Source of the DNA: Candidatus Micrarchaeota archaeon
GTDB taxonomy: Archaea; Micrarchaeota; Micrarchaeia; Micrarchaeales; CABMGC01
DNA: 64,000 nucleotides
Reading direction: 5' to 3'
Assembly (NCBI GenBank): GCA_021797745.1
Contig: JAJZZD010000005.1
Coordinates: 1,438-65,437 of the forward strand
Positions 20,212 to 28,794 of this stretch are shown in pieces. How positions within the stretch are numbered: position 1 is the stretch's first letter; the number at the start of each line of letters is the position of its first letter. The position numbers and the translations under genes are program-made. A model generated the notes under the pieces. That model was given only the letters and a program-made list of their open reading frames with translations. It did not search any database and had not been told where the DNA came from.

Positions 20212-21037
20212 GTTATCACGATCGCCTATTATCTCTTATCTGCAACATTATTTAAAAGTTTCTAAATCGAGATATTTCTGACTCTCGATAAATTATAAAC
20301 TTTTAACACTATTTTAATTGATTGTAATGGCGATTATATAAGTTTCGTAGATGACCTTAGAGTTATAATTAACATCACAAATCACGCCTGAACAGCAGCT
20401 GGCATACATGAGTGAACTCAGATATTCGACCTCTTGCTTTTTGTGAAGCAAGCGTATTGTTGGCTTGCGTCGCATATAGAGCCAAACACCACGCTTACTG
20501 ATTCAGGTTCAAACACAGGAGACACGGCCAGATATATTTCCGTGTTTCTTAATATTAAAAAGTATTCAGTTACTCGTATATACTTGCACATTCGCTGATG
20601 TAAAGTGCAATATTGCGGCAAGCTCCTATTGGAATGAGATAGAACTTCACAATCTATCAGCATCGAATTCACAAATTTCAGTATACATAAGCAATAAATA
20701 TCATGCCACGGCTTGCACATTGTGTTCGGTGAGATCTGGCTAGCATTCAGACACAATAGCAAATAGCGTAGCCTGGCTTGAAATACCGAATGGGAAGAAG
20801 AACATTATAATAAAATGCTATGAAAACAGTGTGAATGATGCCCGTTCTGCAATGTCGTCCTAAAAACGTGTATCTGTTATAAATGGAATGCCCTGACTGC
20901 AGGAATAGTGTCATCAATGATATGTCGTAACTGACATAACGACATAAACCCAGAATTTAAGACAAAAGTTGGAAGTTCAGAATAACTAAGCCTCATTTTC
21001 TGCGCAAAACGATCTAGATATTACTAATTTTCAGAAC

Positions 21038-22225
21038 TCACGGCTGAAACCAATCTATTTCATAATATTCATTATTACTTTTTCCCAGCATTATTTGCTT
21101 GACTCTGTAATACGTTACTGAAGTTTCTCTGTCTACTATTGCAAGCAGCAGTTCTAATTTCTTTCTTTTTGCTTCGGCTATGGCCGCAGCGAAATCGCTT
21201 CCTCCTATGTATTCCTCTTCTCCCAGCGACAGCATGGCAAATTTAGGCTCTGCATTTTTCGGATTGTCTGCTTCGCCTCCGTTTCTGTGATAAAGAACGA
21301 AATCTATTTTTGCGCTTTTCCTGCCTGTTTTTCCTGGCACTGCCATAATAAATGTTTTCCTTACTGAATGCGCAACCCTGACTGCTCTGGCCCACTCAGA
21401 TATGAGAAGTTTGGAATCTTTCGGGAATACTTGTATTACATGTTTTGAGTGTATCTTTTCATCTCCGTTTGCTGCACCTGGTTTTGCGCCGGGGAAATAA
21501 ACTCGAAAATGCGTTCCAAATTTAAAGCCAGTTTTTATCACATAACCTTTGTCCCTCCAGTCGCTATAAACCTCATAAAGGCTCTCGAAGTCCTTTCTTC
21601 TCTTTTTTGCGTAGCCGAAAAGTTCGTCTCGCTGTATGTTTTCTACATCTAGCACTTTCTTATTCAAAAGATACAACGTTTCGTAAATGTCGAGCTTATT
21701 GAACTTGCCTCTGTCTGCAGCCTTGTATGACCCGTACTGGCCCAGCCAGTATCTCTCGTATAGCTCCTTTCCCTCCTTTTCCTCATTCAGAATGGTCATA
21801 AGATCTGATTTGAAAAAGATACCGCTGACCTTCAGCGATCCAGATATGATGAGCGAACCCGACGGGTACCTTTTTACTGGAGTTTCAAAGGATTTTTCCT
21901 TAATACTATTAGGTTCCTCTGCTACAAGACCCCTATCACGCCAGTCCCTGTACGTAAAGTATCTTGCGATGAACTTATTCGATCTCCAAAATTTTTCTGA
22001 TAAGCGTGAAAAATTGATTTCCTCCCCTGATGATGTGCACCGTGCGTTCCTTTCGTCAAGCAGATAGAGTGCCTCCACTATCCCCAGCTTGAGCTTTTTG
22101 TCAATCTTGTTCCCGTAAAATCCTTTTCCTAACATGTCCTTTGTTGAACTATCCTCCGCAAAGATTCCCTTTCTACCCTTTAACTCTAACTCCAACATTT
22201 CAATCAAACCGTACGGCGTTCCCAC
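21038..22225 (-). CDS. endA: tRNA-splicing endonuclease, three-unit (epsilon-type) EndA
   Basis: Catalytic-domain signature KTGFKFGTHFRVY...HSKH...VRK in the middle unit. An N-terminal-subdomain motif is repeated (EALYLLDE..YRDWRDRGLV and ETLYLLNK..YSDWRDKGYV). A third C-terminal EndA-like unit is present (KIDFVLYH...KKLELLLAIVDRETSVTYYRV). Its 395 aa is far longer than alpha4 or alpha'2 enzymes. Confidence 0.85.
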   Translation of the reverse strand: MGTPYGLIEMLELELKGRKGIFAEDSSTKDMLGKGFYGNKIDKKLKLGIVEALYLLDERNARCTSSGEEINFSRLSEKFWRSNKFIARYFTYRDWRDRGLVAEEPNSIKEKSFETPVKRYPSGSLIISGSLKVSGIFFKSDLMTILNEEKEGKELYERYWLGQYGSYKAADRGKFNKLDIYETLYLLNKKVLDVENIQRDELFGYAKKRRKDFESLYEVYSDWRDKGYVIKTGFKFGTHFRVYFPGAKPGAANGDEKIHSKHVIQVFPKDSKLLISEWARAVRVAHSVRKTFIMAVPGKTGRKSAKIDFVLYHRNGGEADNPKNAEPKFAMLSLGEEEYIGGSDFAAAIAEAKRKKLELLLAIVDRETSVTYYRVKQIMLGKSNNEYYEIDWFQP

Positions 22226-22334
22226 GCTTATTTTTTAGTTTCTGCTAATCTGCTTATATTACTGATCTTGCAAAGGTCTTTTAATCGTAGTCTATAAAAG
22301 AAAAGAAGGTAAAACAAACCTGAGTGATGCCGGC

Positions 22335-23345
22335 ATGGCCAATGGTTCGCTATACAAAAAAGAAAAATCTGAACAGATCAAGCGCTCCAATAAAGCCAAG
22401 CGCATGGTGCTGTTGATACTGCTTGCCAGTTTTGCAGTGTTTTTAGTCATAGGCGCGCTGAGCGTGGCCAAAGAGGGAGTCGGCGCGTTTTTACATACTC
22501 TTCTTTCAATCAACCCCTTCTATTATGGAATTTCACTTCTTCTGCTTTTCCTCGGCAATCTAGTGGGATTCCCCAAATGGCAGCGCTTCATAGAGAATCT
22601 GAAGATAAAAATTCCCAAAAAGAAAAATCTGATGATATACCTGTCGATGTTCTCTATGGACATAACTCCTGGCAGGTGGGGGCGCGCAGTTGCAGGTTAT
22701 ACCTTGAATAGAGTAACACATACTCCATTTGCAAAGACATTCCCTGCGATTGCTGCCGACATATTCACTGATTTTCTCGGTTTTATAGTGGTTGTATTTG
22801 TCACGTCATTTCTTGTTGGCAAGTTTACTGCCATTACTGTGTTCATAGGACTATTGTTGATGGTTCCCTTCCTCTTTATATTTTATAAGAAACCTTTCAA
22901 ATACATAAAAGGCAAATGGAAAAGGTTCACATTTCTCAAGCGTTTTTTCAGGGAAGGAGAAAGCTACTTTGCAAGCAGCAAAAGAATAAGTTTGGGCTCT
23001 TATCTTTATGCAATGCTTTTCACCATACCCTCTATGGTCATAAGCGGGCTTTCATTGTTCTTCGTGATTCTCGCCTTTGGAATTCATTTGCCAATCTCCT
23101 ATTTGCCTACAATTCTTTTCATCTATAGTTCGGCCCTTCTTTTTGGCATAGTGAGCGGCATACCTGCAGCTCTCGGCGTAACTGATGCTATTCTAATAGG
23201 ATATCTTTCTGCATTCTTGCCAGGCATGGGATTGAACTTCGGAGTGGCATCGGCAATAACCATATTTTTCCGGCTCGGCAGCATATGGTTCGTTGCAGCA
23301 ACAGGATTCGCATTCCTTTTCTACACTACTAGATACTGGAAATAA
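22335..23345 (+). CDS. Flippase-like / UPF0104 (LPG-synthase-TM-type) membrane protein
   Basis: 336 aa with about 8 TM, a basic N-terminus, and a conserved-looking GRWGRAV loop. The family call is by eye. Confidence 0.4.
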   Translation: MANGSLYKKEKSEQIKRSNKAKRMVLLILLASFAVFLVIGALSVAKEGVGAFLHTLLSINPFYYGISLLLLFLGNLVGFPKWQRFIENLKIKIPKKKNLMIYLSMFSMDITPGRWGRAVAGYTLNRVTHTPFAKTFPAIAADIFTDFLGFIVVVFVTSFLVGKFTAITVFIGLLLMVPFLFIFYKKPFKYIKGKWKRFTFLKRFFREGESYFASSKRISLGSYLYAMLFTIPSMVISGLSLFFVILAFGIHLPISYLPTILFIYSSALLFGIVSGIPAALGVTDAILIGYLSAFLPGMGLNFGVASAITIFFRLGSIWFVAATGFAFLFYTTRYWK

Positions 23346-23364
23346 AAAAGAAATATCCGCGGCG

Positions 23365-24132
23365 TTATTCAAATCTTTTGAGGCTTTCCTGCTCAACAAA
23401 ACTTAATTTTGCAGGAAGCACAAGAGACAGAATTTTGTCTTTTAGCTCAGCGTAAGGAATTTTTTCTAGTTCCGACATTTTTCCGTACCTTACCACCTGG
23501 CTTTCTTTGCCCCCATTTGCTATCATCACGAAGCTTGTATTATCTGCTATTACCGTCTTCGCGCCTTGAGCGTCTGCCTTTTTCAGTACGTCAAACGCCT
23601 CGTGCAAATTCATGAATCTGCTGTTTTTCTGGTCTATGTCAAGAAGCAGCAGCGAATGTTCGTTGTTTTCAAGGTTTTTCCTTATTGAATCAATGAATGA
23701 CACTGGCTTGTAGCCGTCTTGCCAGAAAGGTATGGTTATCACTGGGCCGAACCTATACGCGTCAAGCCCGCTTTCGCCTATTGCGACAGTAAGTATCGAA
23801 ACAGAATGCAGGGTTTTCGTTTTTATGCCTGATTTTCTTGCATAATCAAAGATTATCTTATGCGTTGTTGCAATCAGCGGGTCTCCTGGGAAAAGAATTG
23901 CTATGTTTTTGACTTTCGCGGCAGAGATTGTTTTATCCAAGTGATCTTCGAGGTCCTGTCTGTGCAATTCAACTAACTTTTTCCCAGTTTCTTGCTCGAG
24001 ATATCTGACATATTTATCCTCCACCTGAGCAGTATATCTTTCTAAATAAATAGCATCCGCTCTCTTCAGTTCTTCGAGCGCTCTGACCGATATGTCCTTT
24101 GCCTCCAGTCCAAGTCCTATTAAAACGAGCAT
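23365..24132 (-). CDS. dph5: Diphthine synthase
   Basis: MLVLIGLGLEAKDISVRALEELKRADAIYLERYT is the tetrapyrrole-methylase-fold N-terminus of Dph5/DphB. 255 aa. Confidence 0.9.
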   Translation of the reverse strand: MLVLIGLGLEAKDISVRALEELKRADAIYLERYTAQVEDKYVRYLEQETGKKLVELHRQDLEDHLDKTISAAKVKNIAILFPGDPLIATTHKIIFDYARKSGIKTKTLHSVSILTVAIGESGLDAYRFGPVITIPFWQDGYKPVSFIDSIRKNLENNEHSLLLLDIDQKNSRFMNLHEAFDVLKKADAQGAKTVIADNTSFVMIANGGKESQVVRYGKMSELEKIPYAELKDKILSLVLPAKLSFVEQESLKRFE

Positions 24133-24170
24133 CGAATCAGCGTCTGAAATGAGAATTCCTATTTCTGCTT

Positions 24171-25121
24171 TCAGTCTTTTATCCCTTCTGGAGTTATCTT
24201 TATCACCGCTTCCCCTTCAGGCATGTTTGGCGAGTCAACAAGCCTCACTATCCTCTTGTCTTCCTTGCTTTTTCTCATATAAAGTCGCGTAGTTGCCGCA
24301 TGCGCTATTATGTTACCGCCCACGGGTGTAGTCGGGTCTCCGAAAAGAATGCCTGGGTTGTCTATGACCTGGTTGGTAATGTAAACTGCTACTGCATGCG
24401 TATCTGCAAGCCTCTGCAATTTATGTATGTGCCCATTGAGCTTCTGCTGTCTTTCTGCCAATCCCCCTCTTCCTAGAAATTCTGCCCTGAAAAGCGAGCT
24501 TATTGAGTCGACAATTATCAGCTTGATGTTTTTCTCCTTTATTAGTTTGTCTGCCCTTTCTATCGCTATAACCTGCTGGTCCGTTGTGGTGGCCCTCACA
24601 ACAAAAATATTTTCAAGCACCTTCTTAGGGTCAAGCCCAGCGCTCTTTGCTATTGCCTCTATCCTCTCGGGCCTGAACGTTCCTTCTGTGTCTATAAAGA
24701 GCGTGCCCCCGTCCAAGCCTCCTTTCCCATGATCGAGCTGCACGTTGACCGCCAGCTGGAATCCGACTTGCGTCTTTCCGCTTGCAAACCTTCCATATGC
24801 CTCTGTTATAGCGTTTGTCTCCACGCCACCGCCAAGAAGCTCGTCAAATCCCTTTGAGCCAGTGCTTATCTTTCCTATCGCTTCCCGTTTCTCGAGCACT
24901 GATTCTCCTGTCTCAAACTCGAGCGTGGTCGCCTGCTTTGCCGCTTCTATTGCCTTCTTCGCACTATCCGCGCTTATTCCAATTGCTTCCGAAAGTTCGT
25001 AAGGAGACGCGACAGCAACTTTGTCAAGGTCAGTGTAGCCTGCCGCCTTGAGTTTTTCGGCAGTGGCAGGGCCTATTCCTGGCAGGTCCTCTATTTCCTT
25101 GATTGATTTTTCCTTTGCCAT
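24171..25121 (-). CDS. radA: DNA repair and recombination protein RadA
   Basis: N-terminal HhH (IEDLPGIGPATAEKLKAAGY), Walker A GRFASGKTQ, Walker B LIIVDS, and the L1/L2 regions. Confidence 0.95.
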   Translation of the reverse strand: MAKEKSIKEIEDLPGIGPATAEKLKAAGYTDLDKVAVASPYELSEAIGISADSAKKAIEAAKQATTLEFETGESVLEKREAIGKISTGSKGFDELLGGGVETNAITEAYGRFASGKTQVGFQLAVNVQLDHGKGGLDGGTLFIDTEGTFRPERIEAIAKSAGLDPKKVLENIFVVRATTTDQQVIAIERADKLIKEKNIKLIIVDSISSLFRAEFLGRGGLAERQQKLNGHIHKLQRLADTHAVAVYITNQVIDNPGILFGDPTTPVGGNIIAHAATTRLYMRKSKEDKRIVRLVDSPNMPEGEAVIKITPEGIKD

Positions 25122-25454
25122 TTAAATACCGTTAGCAATAATGATAAAAACAGGCAGATATATAATGCCGCATAAAAAGTTAAACCTTTTGTATTGCTTG
25201 CTCTTTTTCCAAGAAAAATTTTAATGCCGCGAGCGAGAAATTCCATCTACTTTTGCGGAGATATTAAAGCAAGCTGCACGATAATAAGGCAGAGACATAG
25301 TACATAAATAAATGTATTGCACAAAAACAATTGACGCCAGGCAGACCGGAAATAACGCTTTGAAAGATAAGCATGAATGTGACCGTGCGGGAACGAAGAA
25401 GCTTTAACCTCCACGGTGTTAGCGTTTCACTACTAATGAAATGAAGTTTTGGAT

Positions 25455-26150
25455 ATGAAACTAGCCACTGAGCCACCAACAAAACAGCAGTCTCTGCGCG
25501 AAGAACATGCGCAGCTCTTGTCAAGGATGAGCAGAGATGAGTTAAAGGCAGAGATACGCAGCGCATATTTGCGTAAGAACGGCAAGTGTCCAAATCCAGG
25601 TCTGCTGGAGAATCTGACATCCGATCTTACAAGCCTGGTAACGCACATGCGAACTTATGCGACAATTAATGCGTACGGATCCAATGTCGCTGGCGCTGCC
25701 AAAAAATTAGAGAGACCGGTGTCTACTGTGAAGAATTGGCGCATGGCCGGCGTTCTCACCGACATACTGCCTTCGGAGCGCGGAAGACGTCAGGCAAGGA
25801 CGCTGCAGATATCGCTTTCAAAGGCGCGTAGATTAAGCCGCGCAACCCACATGCAAACCGACAAGATACTGAAAAGCTTCAACGGCAAAACAGAGCGCCA
25901 AATACGTGACATGCTGGAAAGCGACCTTGCTCCATCTACAAGAGAGCGGTATGCAAAACTCGCATTCATTAGTTTAGCTAACGGGAATGCCATTTCTCTG
26001 CTGAGATCTTGCAAAGAGAACACAGAGAAATCAGCAAAATCTCTCGGCATCTCCGCACGCTACTTCCAGTACTCGTCAATCGCGCTTAGGCGCTGCTTTA
26101 ACAAAGCAAAGCCGCAGCTGAAACTTACAGCTGAATTGACCGAAAATTAA
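25455..26150 (+). CDS. Basic protein with two helix-turn-helix-like segments, unknown function
   Basis: The first ATG is 6 nt inside the track's TTG ORF. The segments VAGAAKKLERPVSTVKNWRMAG and TEKSAKSLGISARYFQYSS resemble HTH motifs of transposase or resolvase N-termini. No catalytic domain follows. Confidence 0.45.
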   Translation: MKLATEPPTKQQSLREEHAQLLSRMSRDELKAEIRSAYLRKNGKCPNPGLLENLTSDLTSLVTHMRTYATINAYGSNVAGAAKKLERPVSTVKNWRMAGVLTDILPSERGRRQARTLQISLSKARRLSRATHMQTDKILKSFNGKTERQIRDMLESDLAPSTRERYAKLAFISLANGNAISLLRSCKENTEKSAKSLGISARYFQYSSIALRRCFNKAKPQLKLTAELTEN

Positions 26151-26160
26151 AAAGAAAAAG

Positions 26161-26188
26161 GCCAGCGCGTGTTTTCACACGTGCTGGC
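26161..26188 (+). terminator. Strong hairpin immediately after the 25455-26150 CDS
   Basis: GCCAGCGCGTG-TTTTCA-CACGTGCTGGC is an 11-bp stem with one G.U, starting 11 nt after the TAA. No T-tract follows it. Confidence 0.35.
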
Positions 26189-26309
26189 AAGGCGACCAGT
26201 TTCATACTTCCCCAGTAAGAGGATTCGTACGATAACTCGTAATGTTTTATATAAATTTAGATTTAAAAGAGTTTCTATCAAGCAGCGCGTTTCATAGAGA
26301 TGGAATTTA

Positions 26310-26975
26310 ATGAAAACCATTTTTACCCTCGACAATCCAGGCACGGTATCTGCAATTCTCCTCGGAACTGCGGTGTTTTTCCTAGGCATAAACTATGGCG
26401 TTTTCTTCCTCGCAGACCTGATATTTTTCCTTGTAATATCCACAATAGTCACATCTGCGGGAAAGCACAGAAAGATGTGGATGGGGACCTACGAAAAGTC
26501 AAGGACTTGGAAAAATGTTGCGGCAAACGGCGCAATACCGCTTCTTTGGACAGTTGTCTATGCAGCAGCATATGTACTGAACCGCCATTTTACTACGCTA
26601 ATCCTGATAGCCTACATAGCGAGCATCTCAGCTGTCATGGCAGACAAGTTCGCTAGCGAGCTCGGGGTGCTTGACGGAGAGCCATACACTCTTCTCACCC
26701 TTAAGAAGGCAAAGAAAGGAACATCAGGCGCAGTAACGCCATTCGGGCTGTTTGCAAGCCTGTTCGGCAGCGCAGTAATAGCTATGAGCGTGTTCGTGCT
26801 TTACTCGAACGTGTACTATTTCGTTATAATAGCTGTTTCTGGACTGTTCGGCTCGCTTACTGATTCGATATTCGGCTACTTCGAGGAAAAGGGCGTTGGC
26901 AACAAGTACACCTCAAACATTGCCTGCGCTGTAGCTGGGTCTTTGCTTAGCGTGCTTCTGCTAGCGCTTCTGTGA
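26310..26975 (+). CDS. DUF92/TMEM19-family membrane protein (VTE6-like polyprenol-phosphate kinase family)
   Basis: Conserved-looking blocks KSRTWKNVAANG, ADKFASELG, GTSGAVTPFG and GSLTDSIFG in a 6-7 TM protein. Confidence 0.55.
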   Translation: MKTIFTLDNPGTVSAILLGTAVFFLGINYGVFFLADLIFFLVISTIVTSAGKHRKMWMGTYEKSRTWKNVAANGAIPLLWTVVYAAAYVLNRHFTTLILIAYIASISAVMADKFASELGVLDGEPYTLLTLKKAKKGTSGAVTPFGLFASLFGSAVIAMSVFVLYSNVYYFVIIAVSGLFGSLTDSIFGYFEEKGVGNKYTSNIACAVAGSLLSVLLLALL

Positions 26976-26990
26976 ACTTGAAATGGCAAG

Positions 26991-27263
26991 TCAGTTTTCG
27001 GCAGAAAGCGGCCTTAGTTTTTCATGAGTTTCGAAAAAATGAACCATGTAGCTGCATTTCGGCACTATCTTCACTTTATTCTTTTTTGCATACTCTATTG
27101 CTGCCAACGCAAGCCCTTCTGCTATGCCTTTGCCTCTTTCTTCGGGCGGAACGAAAGTGTGGTAAACTTCAATATTTCCCGAGTTGGATTTTGTGTAAAG
27201 CAGCTCTGCATCCCCGTGATTGGTTTTTGCGGAAAACCTGCCTTCTTTGTGCTCTATCTTCAT
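26991..27263 (-). CDS. Small GNAT-like acetyltransferase (YjdJ-type)
   Basis: MKIEHKEGRFSAK...IEVYHTFVPPEERGKGIAEGLALAAIEYAKKNKVKIVPKCSY. About 90 aa. The ATG at 27263 is preferred over the TTG at 27341. Confidence 0.6.
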   Translation of the reverse strand: MKIEHKEGRFSAKTNHGDAELLYTKSNSGNIEVYHTFVPPEERGKGIAEGLALAAIEYAKKNKVKIVPKCSYMVHFFETHEKLRPLSAEN

Positions 27264-27465
27264 GTGCTTACTTTTGGTATCTTTAAATGAAAGGCATAAA
27301 ACATTAAAATAACCTATCTGCCGAAACAGCCGCAAGAACAATGAAGAACGATGAATATAGCCGGAATTGTGTCAAACTGTGCTAGTTGGTACGTACGTTT
27401 AGGATGCAAAGGAACTATTTGCTACAGTTTAAAAATCCTGATTGTGTATTTATTTTGGTAATGAT

Positions 27466-27945
27466 ATGCCAGGAGAAAGAGTAATTGGTGTGATCAACGG
27501 CGCCACAATGCAGAGCGCATTTGGCGGAACAAAGGTGTTTTCATTATTTTTCACTGCGACAAGAGTAATAGCAGCTAAGATGATAGGCAGAGGCACGAAC
27601 GCCCTTCTTGGAAATTTATCAATAGGCGGAGTGCCGCTTGGCAGTGTTTTAATATCGCAGAAGCTCAACGAATCAAAAGAAAAGGCAGACACACTTAAGA
27701 GCGCAGATCCTGAAGAGATTCTGAAGCAGGACAAGGAAAACTTTAGCATATCTTATCCTGAAATAAAGCAAGTATGGATTGGCAAGCCATTGATAGGAGC
27801 GGCATATCTGATTATCACCGCAAATAAAAAATACCGCTTCTTTTTGCAGGCCAGTGGAACGCTGACGCGCGGCGTGGACAAGGAAACATATGATTCATAC
27901 GTCACCATGCTTAAAAAAATCATACCGGATAAATTAAAAGTATGA
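27466..27945 (+). CDS. Hypothetical protein
   Basis: 159 aa from the first ATG. No recognisable motif. Convergent with the HAD pseudogene. Confidence 0.5.
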   Translation: MPGERVIGVINGATMQSAFGGTKVFSLFFTATRVIAAKMIGRGTNALLGNLSIGGVPLGSVLISQKLNESKEKADTLKSADPEEILKQDKENFSISYPEIKQVWIGKPLIGAAYLIITANKKYRFFLQASGTLTRGVDKETYDSYVTMLKKIIPDKLKV

Positions 27946-27965
27946 CATGCTGTGCCGCCTGTCAG

Positions 27966-28744
27966 TCACTTTTTGGCATCTATTATATGTCTCAACAGCA
28001 CTTTCGTTTCGGCAGGATTCTTCACAGCGAATCACTTCACGCCCGTGGCTCTTACAGGGTAATCCTTTCCTCTTTTTTCTAGTTTGTCTCATGTGAAAAT
28101 AAGGTCTTTCTTACCACATTTCAGTTCCTGCATTATCTTTTTCATTCCATATGCATTGTCTATTCCTTTCTTCCCTATGTCAATTGTAGTTGTACCTGCC
28201 ACTGGGACATCGAATTTAGGCAACAATTTGTCCAACTGCCTTTTTATCTTTAACCGTTTTTTTCATATGAGGGTCCCAGCGCTTTTTTACTTTTATTGGC
28301 GCATCCACGCTCAATGCAGTGAAAGCCACTTGTATGCTCCTTATTTCTGTTTGGCTTCCCTATATTTTCCTTGGCTGGACAAAGTTCGCGTTATCCAGTG
28401 CATCGTTAATTGCAACTAAAACCTTTTTTTATCTCACTGCTCCTTAAATTTTCCGATTACATACATTTCCATTTCCCGTCTGCAAATTTGTAAAATAAGG
28501 TCCCACTTGCAGGAAAAATAAAAAGGTTCTATAAATTGGCACCTTTTGGCAAAGTGTTCGTTAACTGATTCTGAAATAATCCATAGAGTCCGCCTCCAAT
28601 CACTGCAAACTTTTTAATTTTAAGCAGCTCGAAAATAAGTTGCCGCATTTCTTTACCAATAGACATTTTACTTTCTGTCAGCGTACCGTCAAGGTCAGCT
28701 ACTATTTTTACTTTTGAAACCAGAGACCTGGCTATTTTTTCCAT
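27966..28744 (-). pseudogene. Decayed HAD-superfamily subfamily IIB phosphatase / phosphomannomutase-like gene
   Basis: An intact N-terminal 71 codons carry motif I (VADLDGTLTESK) and then hit an in-frame TAG. Downstream fragments in three frames still read NLFIFPASGTLFYKF, QVAFTALSVDAPIKVKKRWDPHMKKT, KFDVPVAGTTTIDIGKKGIDNAYGMKKIMQEL, DKLEKRGKDYPVRATGVK and FAVKNPAETKVLL. By manual translation there are at least 2 frameshifts and 4 in-frame stops. Confidence 0.8.
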
Positions 28745-28794
28745 GCTTTTATTTATTGCACGAACCTAATAAATTTTACCTGCTGAATACTATT

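Noticed and set aside
20418-20762. 114-aa minus-strand ORF in the long intergenic region
   Set aside because: It has a TTG start, an implausible Cys/Leu-rich sequence with no motif, and no flanking expression signals. It is treated as non-coding.
20830-20940. C/D-box sRNA (ATGATGC ... CTGA ... ATGATA ... CTGA)
   Set aside because: The box spacing (about 52 nt from C to D' and about 9 nt from C' to D) does not fit the compact 12-nt-guide architecture of archaeal C/D sRNAs, and the C box is imperfect.
28084-28419. 111-aa plus-strand ORF in the track
   Set aside because: It lies entirely antisense to the recognisable HAD-IIB pseudogene fragments. It has a TTG start and an odd Phe/Ile/Cys-rich composition. 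It is a shadow ORF.
27966-28744. In-frame TGA/TAG codons in the HAD gene as evidence for stop-codon reassignment (one TGA sits where Gly of the GD motif is expected)
   Set aside because: The same gene also needs at least two frameshifts. Dozens of conserved genes in the window terminate correctly at TAA, TAG and TGA (e.g. TGA at 3539 and TAG at 41188). Pseudogenisation explains everything.
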